In this document: in pieces, positions 1 through 11,700 of the stretch
Layout: each line of letters starts with the position of its first letter
Numbering within the stretch: the first letter of the stretch is position 1
Source of the DNA: an uncultured virus (IMG/VR IMGVR_UViG_3300025674_000018)
Taxonomy: Duplodnaviria > Heunggongvirae > Uroviricota > Caudoviricetes > Kyanoviridae
DNA: 64,000 nt
Virus record (IMG/VR): IMGVR_UViG_3300025674_000018
Reading direction: 5' to 3' (one strand)
Translations under genes and position numbers: made by a program
Notes under the pieces: model-generated
Seen by the model: the letters and a program-made list of their open reading frames with translations, nothing else
What the model was told of the DNA's origin: nothing
Database searches by the model: none

Positions 1-1632
1 TATAAAGCAGCAGAAGCGAAAATCACGGACATTTCTCCCTCGGGAATCATCAGAAAGGTCACAATTATCAATCGTGGCAGTGGTTATGACCCCCAAAACC
101 CGCCAGTTGTCTATATTGCCGAGCAAGGATTGCAAGTTGAGGCAGAATCTAAGCTCGATAACGAGAGTATTCGCAAACAACCCGATGCTTTGAGTGGGAT
201 GTTGGACTCAGATACGCTTGGAAAGGACATGACACCCTTCCAAGACATCATTAAGCAGAGTTTTGGCGTTTTGACTGAGGGGAATAAGACAAATATTCCA
301 ATCACATACATGGAATTGGCGGAAGTTGACCCAGATGGTCAATTTGCTTTCTGTCAAGCACTCCCTGCTGACTGTATTGACATCACAATGGGGATGCCAT
401 TGACAAAAGCCTTCCCTCCAAGCGGAATGTTTGACGTTTTGAATGTAAATTCTGGCGTTGCTGAATATCAGAGCAAGTATCACTCGGAAATTCAGCAAGA
501 TATTCAGACAGCAGAGAAAACTACCGATGCTTTCAACGGTTTGTATGGTGCTTTTGGCGGAAATCGCTGCATTTACGTCGATCAACCGATTATTTACAAT
601 ATCAAGAAGTGGTTTCAGATGCCATGTGCCTATATGGCAGCGGATGAAGACGAAGAATCACGCACATATGGCAAAACAGTCGCTTTTGGTTACCTCCCAT
701 ACAAATATTGTGCGCCAAAAGACGAGGAAGCGCAATTCCAAGTCAATTTGAGCATTGAAGGGACCACAACTGGATCTCAGGGTCAGCAATTTATGGAATT
801 TTTGAATGGCTTACCGAAACCACGCTTGACTGAGCGTAGAAAAGTGTCTGGTGGCACAAAAACTTGGAATTGTAGTCGTGGATCTGTCTCAGGTCGTTGC
901 TATCGTGATCCAAACAACAACAATGACCTAATTTTCGTCCCAACGGGATCTGATGAAAATACGTTTGACTATAATCGCAGTAATTTCACAGAATTAGAGC
1001 AATTCCAACTTTGGCTGGGAGATAACGTCGAAGGATACACTCCAAACTCCACTTATGGGTTCTGGACCACATATTCTTACAGTCCCACAGATCCACTTGC
1101 CGATGAAGAAGGTTTTGTGGAGGGGCAGGACAGCGCAGTCTACACTTCTATCCGTGTTAACGATAATGAGTGTCCTACAGACCCTCTAGGCATCCCTGAG
1201 GACTGCTGGGACCGCTATGTGAGGAAGGGATCTAATACAGATGGTCCTTTGGACGTATTTTGTGGTTATGACGCAAATGGTAATGGTCTTCCTGGTCTAA
1301 CTTACTACGAAATCACTCCACCAACTTCAGCGACTCCATATTCGCTCTTCTTCTCTCAGCAAGACAACAGTGGCACTGGATTGTGTAATGGATGTGTTGC
1401 ATTGGAGAGTGTTGCGGACGTTTCCATCGCTATTGACCCTAGTAGGATCACCCAAGGTAAATATAGAATGAAGATGGGTCCATATTCGGGCACATTCAAA
1501 GTTTTGAATTATTTGTCGGGTGGCACAACTGCACTTAGTAGGACAATCCGAAATTTGGGCAATCCATATTTCGATGAATGTCAAGATCAGTATCCATACG
1601 ACATTGGCAGATCATTGGAGGGAGTAACCTAA
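1..1632 (+). CDS. Virion structural protein, 5'-truncated (probably baseplate/hub-associated)
   Basis: Frame 1 is open from base 1 (YKAAEAKITDISPSGIIRKVTIINRGSGYDPQNPPVV...), so the track's TTG at 130 is internal. It carries the 'I.N.GSGY..PP.V' module found in other baseplate proteins here and sits just upstream of the PAAR-like gene. Confidence 0.7.
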   Translation, partial: YKAAEAKITDISPSGIIRKVTIINRGSGYDPQNPPVVYIAEQGLQVEAESKLDNESIRKQPDALSGMLDSDTLGKDMTPFQDIIKQSFGVLTEGNKTNIPITYMELAEVDPDGQFAFCQALPADCIDITMGMPLTKAFPPSGMFDVLNVNSGVAEYQSKYHSEIQQDIQTAEKTTDAFNGLYGAFGGNRCIYVDQPIIYNIKKWFQMPCAYMAADEDEESRTYGKTVAFGYLPYKYCAPKDEEAQFQVNLSIEGTTTGSQGQQFMEFLNGLPKPRLTERRKVSGGTKTWNCSRGSVSGRCYRDPNNNNDLIFVPTGSDENTFDYNRSNFTELEQFQLWLGDNVEGYTPNSTYGFWTTYSYSPTDPLADEEGFVEGQDSAVYTSIRVNDNECPTDPLGIPEDCWDRYVRKGSNTDGPLDVFCGYDANGNGLPGLTYYEITPPTSATPYSLFFSQQDNSGTGLCNGCVALESVADVSIAIDPSRITQGKYRMKMGPYSGTFKVLNYLSGGTTALSRTIRNLGNPYFDECQDQYPYDIGRSLEGVT

Positions 1633-2162
1633 TGCCATTCGGATTAGTAAAACCAGTTGCAGCATTAAATGGTCTTCCTTGCTCAGGACACGGATTGTGT
1701 TTGCCTCCTGTGGTCCATAGCACTCAACCATGTAAGTCACCACCAAAACCTAGGACTATTCGTATCAAAGAATATTCCTGTTGGTGGCCACCTTTGAATC
1801 TAATACCGATTTTCCCAATCACACCAGATAGGGCAACTGTTTTGGTGCATGGATTCCCAATTATGCTGGCAGGAGATAAGTTTATTCCACACCCGAGCAC
1901 CTGCACTAACATTATCGTCTATATGTGCCCCTGTGGCAACGCTGTGTGCCCCGTGCCGACCCCTATTCCATGCTCTGTGCTAACTCTAGAGGATAAGGGC
2001 GTTGGACACTCTAGGACGGCATATCCGACCACTCTCTTCACGTTTGCCCTGAAGAGGCTTGTGATAAGAATTCTTGATCCATTGGGCGTTGGATTCCCAG
2101 GATGGTCATATCCCTGCAGCAGTGTTGTTGCATATGGGTCGATGACAGTCTGGTCTGGATGA
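1632..2162 (+). CDS. Cys-rich PAAR-like spike-tip protein (T4 gp5.4-like), 176 aa
   Basis: The ATG overlaps the upstream TAA (TAATG). Motifs CSGH, TVLVHGFPIMLAGDKFIPH, GH and CSSVVAYGSMTVWSG follow the PAAR/gp5.4 pattern. Located shortly before g25. Confidence 0.75.
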   Translation: MPFGLVKPVAALNGLPCSGHGLCLPPVVHSTQPCKSPPKPRTIRIKEYSCWWPPLNLIPIFPITPDRATVLVHGFPIMLAGDKFIPHPSTCTNIIVYMCPCGNAVCPVPTPIPCSVLTLEDKGVGHSRTAYPTTLFTFALKRLVIRILDPLGVGFPGWSYPCSSVVAYGSMTVWSG

Positions 2163-2170
2163 TGTATAAT
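2142..2170 (+). promoter_or_regulatory. Sigma70-like promoter ATGACA-N17-TATAAT
   Basis: 5/6 match at -35, perfect -10, 17-nt spacer; 23 nt upstream of the ORF at 2194. Confidence 0.6.
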
Positions 2171-2193
2171 TACAAGGTAGTTTGAGGTCACTC

Positions 2194-2340
2194 ATGGCAA
2201 AAGCAAAAGTCGGACTGGTTCGATCCAATTACACCGAAGGTCCCCCGAAGAAGACTCGTCAAGGTCGCAGCAAGAATACTCACCTTGGAGCATCGTCACG
2301 CAATGGACGTAAAAAGCGTTATCGTGGTCAAGGGCGCTAA
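2194..2340 (+). CDS. Small basic protein, 48 aa (MAKAKVGLVRSNYTEGPPKKTRQGRSKNTHLGASSRNGRKKRYRGQGR)
   Basis: Translated by hand. GAGG ribosome-binding site upstream; fills the gap exactly up to the next ATG; K/R-rich. Confidence 0.75.
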   Translation: MAKAKVGLVRSNYTEGPPKKTRQGRSKNTHLGASSRNGRKKRYRGQGR

Positions 2341-2517
2341 ATGAGACCCGAAACCCGTAAGTCGATGGAGATGCTCTTTGAAGCAAAATGGAATTTGCCC
2401 AAAGCAGCATCCCATTGTGGTTTGAGCCACAAAGAAATGAAAATTACATTCAATGAATATTGCAACTTCCATCCACCAACGTGGAAAAATCTAGAAGACC
2501 AACTCAACCTTTTTTGA
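2341..2517 (+). CDS. Hypothetical protein, 58 aa (MRPETRKSMEMLFEAKWNLPKAASHCGLSHKEMKITFNEYC...)
   Basis: Translated by hand; abuts the genes on both sides. WNLPKAASHCGLS is HTH-like. Confidence 0.7.
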   Translation: MRPETRKSMEMLFEAKWNLPKAASHCGLSHKEMKITFNEYCNFHPPTWKNLEDQLNLF

Positions 2518-2518
2518 C

Positions 2519-3046
2519 ATGACAAACGGCAGAGACCTACTCTATATCAGTAGAGACCAAGAGTTAGCACTTATTGAAGAGCTAGTATATAAAATACAAG
2601 TCTCTAAACCAGATATTCATCCGAGTAGGACCTGCTTTTTGTGTGTCTCCCCAGACTATTCAGGAATTGTGACTCAACACCTGTCACATGCCCTGAGTGT
2701 GGATGGGGAGATTTATCATATTGAAGCAGTTAATGTCCCCTTCCCAGATGAGCAAGCAGGTCCATATAGAGTCCAGTTTGAAATCAATTTTGCAGAGTGG
2801 GTATTGGACTGGGATCAGTTTGTGCTCATTGAAGCAGGAGTAATCCGTGGAAGCAATTACAAGTGGATTACTGACTCGATGAAGCAGTTTGTCCAGGAGC
2901 ATAATATCCACACAGTCGCTTTGTGTGAAAACATGAGTAGCAAATTCAAAAGCGACTTTGTGTCTTTGTATTATGATGACTATATGACAGATTTACATTT
3001 TTGGTGGGAGAAACCAAACAACCATTGGCCGTGGGACTATAAATAA
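2519..3046 (+). CDS. Phosphoribosyltransferase-fold-like protein, degenerate
   Basis: 175 aa. FVLIEAGVIRGSNY resembles the PRPP-binding loop (VLIVDD..dtGxT); the C-terminal 'F.WE' is typical of type I PRTases. Confidence 0.5.
   Translation: MTNGRDLLYISRDQELALIEELVYKIQVSKPDIHPSRTCFLCVSPDYSGIVTQHLSHALSVDGEIYHIEAVNVPFPDEQAGPYRVQFEINFAEWVLDWDQFVLIEAGVIRGSNYKWITDSMKQFVQEHNIHTVALCENMSSKFKSDFVSLYYDDYMTDLHFWWEKPNNHWPWDYK
3038..3045 (+). promoter_or_regulatory. T4-type late promoter TATAAATA
   Basis: Exact T4 late consensus upstream of the 3102 ORF and g25. Confidence 0.75.
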
Positions 3047-3101
3047 ATCGTAGTGATAGCAACCACTATAAAAGTTCTGTTGACCCTTTATGGAGAGACA
3101 G

Positions 3102-3293
3102 ATGGCTAATCACCCAATTCCAGATCAAGGTAAGGAATTCATCTCGTCAGGGATGGTTTTAATCACCGATCCCAGAAGTGATAAATACCTTGGTAAAGTG
3201 CGTAAGCACCCAAACGATCCGCCTGGTGATCGTAATTCGAGATGGTGTGGTGGTAAAAACGGGTTTGACGATTTCGTTGAGCGTTGGCACTAA
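3102..3293 (+). CDS. Hypothetical protein (MANHPIPDQG...)
   Basis: GGAG ribosome-binding site before the ATG at 3102; its stop overlaps the g25 start. Confidence 0.65.
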   Translation: MANHPIPDQGKEFISSGMVLITDPRSDKYLGKVRKHPNDPPGDRNSRWCGGKNGFDDFVERWH

Positions 3294-3703
3294 TGCCCTA
3301 CAAGTTTAAGTCAGATAAAAACATAAGTCGCGGCTATCGGGATTTTAACATGACGTTTAACGCCAATCCCAATAGTCGTGATTTTGGTGCAGTTAAGAAT
3401 GATAATGCTATCAAGCAATCTGTAATGAATCTGGTTAAAACTGCAGTTGGAGAGCGACCGTTTCAAAATAATGTTGGGTCTAGAGTAACTGCTCTTCTTT
3501 TTGAGCCATATGATGTTTTTACTGGGGAAGCGATCAAAGACGAGATCTACTCTACGCTCAATAAACTCGAACCTAGAATCTCCGTAAAGGGGGTCGATGT
3601 CCGAGATGGTTATGACACAAATGAGATTGAGGTCACAGTGAGATACTCAATTATAGGAGAGCAAATTGTTAAGGAAGTAGATTTCGTGCTGGAGAAAGCC
3701 TAA
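3293..3703 (+). CDS. g25: Baseplate wedge subunit gp25
   Basis: AIKQSVMNLVKTAVGERPF...GS and EPRI motifs of the gp25/GPW family; TAATG coupling on both sides. Confidence 0.93.
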   Translation: MPYKFKSDKNISRGYRDFNMTFNANPNSRDFGAVKNDNAIKQSVMNLVKTAVGERPFQNNVGSRVTALLFEPYDVFTGEAIKDEIYSTLNKLEPRISVKGVDVRDGYDTNEIEVTVRYSIIGEQIVKEVDFVLEKA

Positions 3704-5781
3704 TGTCAGCGATTCCCTCAGAAGTAACGTCTTTAGACTTTTTTGAAATTAAAGAGTCTATTAGATCCTACCTAAGAACTCGTAGTGAATTTACCGACTA
3801 CGATTTTGAGGGATCTGCTGCTTCATATCTGCTCGATATCCTAGCATATAATACCTACTATACAGCATTCAATGCCAACATGGCTTTGAATGAAGCATTC
3901 CTTGAGACTGCTACTGTAAGAGACAATATCGTTAAAATTGCGAAGCAACTTAACTATACACCTCGGTCCATCAAAGCCGCAATGGCAGAGGTCACTGTCC
4001 ATATCCAGACAGACATTGGATCCGATGGACTGACCTTTCCAGACTTTGTAAATATTAGAAAGGGCGATTCTTTCGTTGCAGAAACGGTCAACGAAAACTA
4101 TATTTTCACCCTGCTCACACAACAAACTGCTTCTGTTGATCAACAGACTGGTATTGCTTCGTTTAAGTGCATTCCAGTTTATCAAGGCAATCTCTTAACA
4201 TACTCATTCACAGTCAATAACACAAAGACACAAAATTATGTTATTCCTAGTGAAGATGTTGACACCGAGAGAATGATTGTTTATGTCTCTCCTTCCATTC
4301 AATCAAGTGAGATCGACATCTACAATAGAGCAACCAGCGCAGTTGCTTTGGACTCAAACTCCCGTATTTACTTCCTAGAAGAGGTAGATGACCTTAGGTA
4401 TCGCCTTGTCTTTGGTGATGGCGTGTTGGGTCGTAGATTGATCGACGGCGAATTTGTAAAAATTGACTATGTGAGGACCGCAGGCGAAGAAGCAAACGGT
4501 TCCAGAGACTTTACATTCATTGGCACAGCAACCGATTCTCAAGGTAGAGTCATTGCATCTTCCCAGATCGAAACCATCACGGTCAGGACTGCTGGGGACG
4601 GCACGCCTAGAGAAACACCCCTGTCGATCAAATACAATGCTCCCAGACTGTATACAACTCAAAACAGAGCTGTTACAGAGTTGGATTATGAAAATATTGT
4701 AAGACAACTCTATCCCCAGGCGAAGAGTGTTGTTGCTTATGGTGGAGAAAGACTAAACCCACCAATCTACGGCAAGGTCTATATTGCTGTCAGACCCCAA
4801 ACTGGATCTGCACTTAATGAAACAACCAAAACAAAGCTGAAGAATCAACTCAAGGCATATGCCGTTGCTTCCATTGGTGTTGAAGTTATCGATCCGAAGG
4901 TATTCTACGTCTTGCCTAAGACCTATGTTTACTACAACGGCAATAACACGAATCTGAATTCAAATGATCTTGCAACTAAGATCTTAAAGAATATTGACAA
5001 CTACAATAGCCAAAACACATCCAACCGTTACGGTGGAAGAATTGAGGCATCCAAACTTGGTGCTGTGATCGACAATTCCGACCCGTCCATCTCTGGCAAC
5101 ACAACCCAAGTTGCTCTGGGTCAAAACTTGACCGACTTCAATTTTGGTCAAGTATTTAACCAGTGCCTAGACTTCGGTAATGCTCTTTATAACCCAGATG
5201 ATTACGCTGGTGGACCTGATGGTGGAAATGGCGGAAGTTGCTTACCTTCCTTCTCGGTTGTGAAATCTGGCACATTCTATGCCACTGGATACACTGAAGA
5301 CCTCGTAGCGGCAGGTGTAACCACTGGACTTATCCAGACACCTGCATTTAGCAGCCTGGAGCAAACACAAACACTCGTCCCAGTTAACTTGCGTGACGAT
5401 GGCAGAGGAAGGATGATCCTTGTCACCGTCAGAGACGAGCAAGAAGTAATTTTGAATAATAATGTAGGCACGGTGGATTATACAAACGGTATCGTTTGTG
5501 TTGGTCCTCTGAATATTGCTTTGACTCCAGATGACACTCAAAGAGTGCCAGTTGTGGTTTACCCTGCTGGTGGATCCCTAAACGTGCCTCCTGGCACAGA
5601 TCCAACCATTCTAAATCCACAAGTCAATCCAATTGACTTCACTGTGAGCGATATTACCATCCCATCTTTCGATCCAAATAACTTCAATGGATTCAATTTT
5701 GGCGGTGGCACATCACTAATAAATATCATTGATTATCCCACCGATACTTTCCAGTATCCCGAGTTAGACGAGTGCTTCTGA
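3703..5781 (+). CDS. g6: Baseplate wedge subunit gp6
   Basis: LDFFEIKESIRSYLR...FTDYDFEGS...LLDILAYNTYY and QNRAVTELDY motifs; follows g25. Confidence 0.95.
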   Translation: MSAIPSEVTSLDFFEIKESIRSYLRTRSEFTDYDFEGSAASYLLDILAYNTYYTAFNANMALNEAFLETATVRDNIVKIAKQLNYTPRSIKAAMAEVTVHIQTDIGSDGLTFPDFVNIRKGDSFVAETVNENYIFTLLTQQTASVDQQTGIASFKCIPVYQGNLLTYSFTVNNTKTQNYVIPSEDVDTERMIVYVSPSIQSSEIDIYNRATSAVALDSNSRIYFLEEVDDLRYRLVFGDGVLGRRLIDGEFVKIDYVRTAGEEANGSRDFTFIGTATDSQGRVIASSQIETITVRTAGDGTPRETPLSIKYNAPRLYTTQNRAVTELDYENIVRQLYPQAKSVVAYGGERLNPPIYGKVYIAVRPQTGSALNETTKTKLKNQLKAYAVASIGVEVIDPKVFYVLPKTYVYYNGNNTNLNSNDLATKILKNIDNYNSQNTSNRYGGRIEASKLGAVIDNSDPSISGNTTQVALGQNLTDFNFGQVFNQCLDFGNALYNPDDYAGGPDGGNGGSCLPSFSVVKSGTFYATGYTEDLVAAGVTTGLIQTPAFSSLEQTQTLVPVNLRDDGRGRMILVTVRDEQEVILNNNVGTVDYTNGIVCVGPLNIALTPDDTQRVPVVVYPAGGSLNVPPGTDPTILNPQVNPIDFTVSDITIPSFDPNNFNGFNFGGGTSLINIIDYPTDTFQYPELDECF
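5718..5725 (+). promoter_or_regulatory. Late promoter AATAAATA
   Basis: NATAAATA about 60 nt upstream of the giant gene. Confidence 0.6.
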
Positions 5782-5785
5782 GAAT

Positions 5786-8700
5786 ATGTCTAATCTAAGA
5801 GTTTCCGACAGGGTAGAGCAGCAATTTCCTGACTTTATCAAGTCGGAAGACAGACAACTTATCGCTTTCCTACAAGAGTATTATAAATCTCAGGAAAAAA
5901 TTGGCAGACCATACAGCATCCTAAATGATTTGCTGCATTGGTTGGACGTTGATACCTACACGTCAGACTCTTTGACAAGTAGCACAACTGTGCTGCAATC
6001 TGTTGGGTTGTCCGACACAGAAGTGGTCGTTGAGGACATCAACGGTTATCAGGAGACCAATGGCACCCTGATGATCGATAATGAGATCTTATATTACGAA
6101 AATACAACTCGTGGTCCTGATGCAATTCTGACTCCTGGTATTGCACCCTACGAATTCGATAAGAAGAAGCAATTCCTAGAAAATCCATATTTCCAATTTG
6201 ATGGTGTTAGGAGGAGATTCCCTCTCACCTATCTTGGCACCCCCGTATCTGCCTCTTCGGCAGATCACCTCATTGTGTCCGTTTATGGTGAAACTCTTGT
6301 CCCTGGGACAGACTATTCCATCGATGGCACTGAAATTATTTTTGAGACCGCTCCTAGGTCTCCGATTGGTGGCGATGACGAGGGTTTCACCAGCATCATC
6401 TATTTGGTTGGTTTTGCCGATAAGGTTATTGTCACGATGGACAATATTCCTTTGTCTCAGTGGGATCAGTCTAAGTATTACCCTCTGAGAGTTAATGGTC
6501 AACCATACACTCCCATTTCCGACGTAGGTTTGATTGTAAACCGCACGGGCACTGTGCAGCGTCCGTTTGAGCAATATAACGTTTATTACGACACACTTGT
6601 GATGAAGTATGCATTGGGATCTTCGGATACCATGCAGGTCAGAGCAGTTGAGTTTGTGCCCGCTTCTTTTGGTACAGGTGCTTCCGCTGTTTGTAATATC
6701 ACCAATGGACAACTGAGTGATATTCTTGTAAAAGAAGGTGGATCTGGTTACAGACTGGATTTTGCCCCTAGAGTAACAATTCAGACAGATACTCTTGGTG
6801 AGTATGCATGTGCTCACAGTTTGGTTGGTGGTATTAAAGATATCACACTGATTGCTGGTGGTCAGGGTTATAGTTCATACAACCCACCTATTCCTGTTGT
6901 TACTTCTCCAAATAATGAGTTTGGTAGACAAGCATCGGTCTCCCTCACAATAGACGATTCCACTGGTCAGGTATCGAGCATCAAGATTACCAACTCTGGA
7001 TCTGGATATGACTTCATTCCAGTTATTGCATTCCAGAATCCTGGTGGGGCGCTGATCAGCGATGCCACGATCGACTCTGAGGGTCGTCTTAATGTTGATA
7101 GCATTCAAGTTACTGATCCTGGCAGACTATATTCCAATCCACCTACAGTTTATATCGATCCTGCTCCTGATGGTGGTATTAACGCCCAGGCAGAGTGCTC
7201 TTTAGATTCTAATGGTGGTCTTGCTTCGGTGACCATCATTAACCGTGGTCGTGGATATACAACACCCCCCAGATGCCGTATTATTGATCCTATTGGTGCT
7301 CAAGTGTTGGATGTTACGGTTGCTTCTGGTGCCGTGACCGATATTGAGCTTCTTACTGGAGGTAAGGGTTATGAAGATGCTCCCTCAGTCTATATTGTCG
7401 ATGATCGAAAGGATGCCTATGGCGAGCCTATCGGTGGTCGTGGAGCCACTGCTGTTGCTACTATTTTTAACGGTGAGATAACTGACATTAACATCACCAA
7501 CTTTGGCACGGGATATTCTGCCCAATTCCCGCCAAAGATCTATATTGCCGAACCTAGTGCTGCTAAGGCATCTGTCGATGTCGGTTTTGATGAAGTCACT
7601 GGTTTTGTAATCGAAGAGTCTGGTAGAGATTATGTGCCCTCTTCTTTCAACGGCGTTGTCCGTGGTGTATCTTCTACTGTCGCATATGACAGTTATGGTA
7701 ACCAAATCTTTGCAAAGGAATCTGACACCCGCATTTCTAACCATCCAATTGGGTCTGTAGTTAGAAATCTGGATGCCATTTTCATCTATCAACTATTTGA
7801 GAAGTTTAGAAAGCAATATCTGCCCACAATTCAACTTGATCCGACTAAAGTTAATCCAACCGAAGTCATCAAGAATATTAGAGACTTCTATCTTGCTAAG
7901 GGCACTGCTCTTGGTGCCAAATTCCTCTTTAAGATTCTTTTTGGCGAAGAAGTTGAAATTACATATCCGAAGGATCAAATCATCTCTCCATCGGCAGCTA
8001 CATGGGTCGTAGACACCATTCTAAGGACCCAAGTGGTGTCTGGTAACCCCAGAGACCTAATTGATGCCGAAATCGTCCAATATGCCGATGAAGTTGACCA
8101 GGACGTTAAGTATGCTTCGGCACTTGTGGAAAACGCCATTTCCATCATCAAAGGCGATGATGAAATCTATGAATTGGTAATTTCTGAGGAAACTCTGGTC
8201 GGTGAGTTTAAGATTCCATATAACACTCGTCTTGTCGAGCCCCTGACTACAACTGATCAGATTATCACCGTTGACTCGACTATTGGATGGCCAGAGAGAA
8301 ACGGCACCTTCTTCATTGAAGAAAATGAGGAGATTCAGTATAAAGAGAAGTCTCTTAACCAATTCATCGAATGCACCAGAAGTAAGAATGGTGTTGTAGA
8401 GGATTGGGATCCTGGGTCCAAAATTAGCTCAAATATCTTCATCTATGCCAACTTCGGTCAGACCAATCAGGTCAAGATGCGTGTCCTTGGTATTGCCGAA
8501 GCGGCAGGCACAATTCTGGATGATACTGGGTCCTATTACCTGCCTGGCGATAAACTTAACGTTGCTGCCTTGGGATCCGATTCTCCTGGTGAGCAAAGAC
8601 TGGAATCTTGGTTCTATAATGTCAAGAAACTGATTCAGGTTGCCAACATCGAACCTGGCGGTCTTCTGCAGATTGCTACAGTGACAACTGAGCAACCACA

Positions 8701-11700
8701 CGGTTTGTTGGTTGAAGATACCGTTACAATTTACGGTGCAAACCCTGTGATCTATAACGGCACATTCCTGGTGTCTTCTCGTATTGATGACTATACTTTC
8801 TCGTATAGAATTGACACCCCGAGCACCATTGTCCCCGTTGGTAATATCCTTCTTTCTGTTGACCTCAACAGAGGTAAGTCTACAGAAGAATCTATCAACA
8901 AAGTTGTTACTGAATTTACTACTAATATTCAGAATAGTTTCTTCAATAATAACTATGTGTATGTGGCAGCATCTGGTCTGCCAAACTATAAGATTGGACC
9001 CTTCACTGGATCTGCTCTGATTCCTGGTAATCAGAGAAAGATGATCAGAATTCCGAGAGTGGTAAATACCGTCTCGGAGAGAGAACAGATCAAACCGAAT
9101 AGTGCTATCGGTGCATGGGTTAATGGTGTCTCTATCTGGACATATAAATCTGCCGAAGCGATTCTCTATGGTCCTCTTACAGGGATCAATGTTTTGAATC
9201 CTGGTCAAAACTATGATGCTGGTGCTCCTCCAGTGGTTTTGATTGAAGGTGGTGGTGGAGCTGGCGCGTCTGCATCTGTTACCGTTAACGGTAGCGTTGA
9301 ATCCTTTGAAGTCACAAATGGTGGTAGTGGTTACACATCCTCGCCACTGATTTCTATTGTTGGTGGCGGTGGCACAGGTGCATCTGGCACCGCTGTGGTT
9401 ACCAATGGAGTAATCACCAGAATCCTGGTGGCATCTGCTGGTAGTGGATTTACTTCACAACCAAGTATCACAATCACTGGTGGTGGTGGCACTGGTGCTA
9501 CTGCTATTGCAAATATTCGCGGTCCAATTCAGAGTGTCACTCTGTTGAATCCTGGATCTGGTTATACATCCCTACCCAAAGTCACTGTAACCTCGGGTGA
9601 AGGTGCTTTGGCACAACCAATCGTCCTGAATGGTCGTATTGTGTCTATTGCCACAATTAACTCTGGTAGACGCTACACAACTGCCCCCAGGGTCATTATC
9701 AATGGTGATGGTTTTGGTGCAATTGCAAAAGCATCTATTGCAACCATTGGTGAAGATGCTGGTAAGGTTATTGGTATTGAAATTATCAACAGAGGTATCA
9801 ATTATACCCAGGGTAATACCACAGTAAGACTCGAAGCGGTTGGTGAATTTGCCACCTTTGAGGCAAATGTGTTTGCTTGGAATAAAAACTTTGAATATGA
9901 ATTAGAGTCTAAGTATGACGATGCAAGAGGTTATGTCTTCACTGGTCTCAACAACCAATATGGTGGTGAATATGCTCACCTGTCAGATCCAAAAGAATTG
10001 CGTTATGTGGTTGGTGACAACGTATTCCTAAATCAAGAAACAAATAGATTCCAAGAATTAGAAACCAACTACGATCACTCTCCTATTCTTGGTTGGGCAT
10101 ATGACGGCAACCCCATCTATGGTCCTTATGGATATGCAGATCCCACTGATCAAAATAGTGGCATCAGAAGACTTCGCACATCATACACACTGAAAGATGA
10201 GATTGTTTTTGATGCATTGACAAATCCAAGTCCTCAGCGTATTGATGGTCCTCTGCTTGCAGAGTATCCTGCAGGATCCTTTGTGCCAGACTATGAATAT
10301 ATCTTCCAGTCTGGTGACCTTGACCAGTATAACGGTCGTTTCTGTAAGACACCAGAGTATCCCGATGGCACTTATGCATACTTTGTGACTATTGATTCTT
10401 CGGATGCTGGTGTGCCACAATTCCCATACATCCTCGGACCTGCATTCAACTCCCTTCCCGATGAGTGGAATTTGAGGCAGGGTGCAACCCAGGAAAATAT
10501 TCCTAAGGATGTTGTTAGATATCGTGTGCCTTTCGTTGAGGTGGATATTGACGTTGAGCGTCAACCCAACCAAGAGTCGGATGTGCTCACTACTGAGATT
10601 GAAGGATATCCTATCATCTTTGAAACCCAAGATAGTAACGAGGATGGCATCATTGATGCTCTAGAGCAACAGGAAGTCCTAGAAATGACAGAAGAGGCAA
10701 CTCTTCAGATTTATGACTACTTCCCGAAAGTCTCCGCACAATCTAAAGTTGATATTGACATTGAGACAGTTACTCAATTCGAGACTGCTCAGATTGATGG
10801 TTTCGTTATCGAAAACCCTGGTGAATCTTATCAGGTTAATGATACCATCTTCTTTGATAATACTGGCACTGGAGGTTTCGGTGCATCTGGTATTATTGAT
10901 TCGATTAAAGGTGTTGCAATCACCTCATACACCAAAGAAATTATTGGTGACAGACCTTATGGTGTCATTACAACATCCGAGAATCATGACTTGATTGCTG
11001 GCGATGAAATCATTGTCAACTCCGAGCCAATCATCTCAAACACCAACAAAACTTTCAAAGTTAAAGTTGTGTCTGGCATTGAGTCGGTCACAGTTGATCA
11101 GGAAGGCACTGGTTACACCCAGGTAATTCCCCCAACCTATGAGTTGATCAGTGATACTGGTAAAGACGCTGAATTTGAAATCAATCTTGACTCTGCTGGT
11201 GTTGCTGGATCTTTTAACATCATCAACTCTGGTAACGGTTTTGATATCAACAATCCTCCTCAGATTCGCGTAAGTCATCCTCAATCTTTCACTAAGACGA
11301 GATATTGGTTGTCTGAGTATATCAATGATGGTGGCACTCTGCAGATCCATGACTCATTGATGACCTCTAGAAGAGAGTATTACATTTGTGGATCTCTCGA
11401 AGAGACTGCCGATGACGATATGCTTGGCATTCTTGCTAAGTTTGATGCCAACGGTGATGTCCTTTGGGTTAGGACTCTGCTGCCAAATAACGCTGGCACC
11501 AAGAGAATGGAATTCGTTGCTCTGTATGTTGATGACACAGAAGAAAACGATGCCATTTATGTTGCAGGCCAAACATATGATCCTGTATCTACAGCATATA
11601 ACCCAGATGTGTGGTTTGGTAAGTACATCTCCGAAAGAGACGCTCAGAATGCCCCCACAGGCACTCTACAGTGGCAGAAATCCATTGCAGGTATCTCTGG

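Noticed and set aside
1578..1631. Track starts at 1578, 3284, 50060, 54750, 54920 and 55044
   Set aside because: They overlap upstream genes; downstream ATGs show stop-start coupling or ribosome-binding sites.
3051..3068. Short hairpin TAGTG...CACTA after a late promoter, as a possible ncRNA
   Set aside because: A 5-6 bp stem is too weak to support without comparative data.
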